Below, in pieces: positions 63,991-64,000 of a stretch of DNA of 64,000 nt. The translations under genes were made by a program, and so were the position numbers. The stretch is from Raja brachyura (taxonomy: Eukaryota): contig OY740802.1 of assembly GCA_963514005.1 (NCBI GenBank), positions 2,852,001 through 2,916,000 on the forward strand, given 5' to 3'. Under the pieces are notes generated by a model. The model was not told where the DNA came from, did no database searches, and saw nothing but the letters and a program-made list of their open reading frames with translations. Position 1 is the stretch's first letter, and each line of letters opens with the position of its first letter.

Positions 63991-64000
63991 AGGGCCTGTC
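63991..64000. mobile_element. Left end of another Harbinger-type MITE (cut by the window edge)
   Basis: gctggagTTA|agggcctgtc, matching the TIR at 28226, 29590 and 56194. Confidence 0.65.

Noticed and set aside
52600-64000. POFUT1 3' exons expected from human synteny
   Set aside because: No matching peptide recognised by eye; short exons could have been missed.

Overview
Vertebrate genomic DNA, very probably from a cartilaginous fish (skate/ray-like; inferred from HE1-type V-SINEs, HER1/CR1 LINE tails and the protein sequences). Two minus-strand genes lie in tandem in the conserved KIF3B->ASXL1 order. KIF3B is complete: 8 coding exons, 2241 nt, 746 aa, with a probable non-coding first exon in a CpG-rich patch near 51.2-51.5 kb. 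For ASXL1 only the 5' end is present: exon 1, exon 2 and a candidate 3-nt microexon. The rest is dense with mobile DNA: CR1, Rex1-like and L2 LINE fragments, V-SINEs, two hAT elements with 8-bp TSDs, a Harbinger-type MITE family and many Penelope-like element (PLE) remnants. The most striking signal is in the abundant short repeat. It is a PLE terminal repeat carrying a minimal hammerhead-ribozyme core (CTGAAGA-A-GGGTC-TC-GACCC-GAAAC-GTC). It occurs behind GIY-YIG endonuclease fragments and as stand-alone ~170-205 bp fold-back insertions with 14-16 bp target-site duplications, some in the sense orientation of ASXL1/KIF3B introns. No prokaryotic features were seen. All calls were made by eye, and repeat boundaries without a TSD are approximate.
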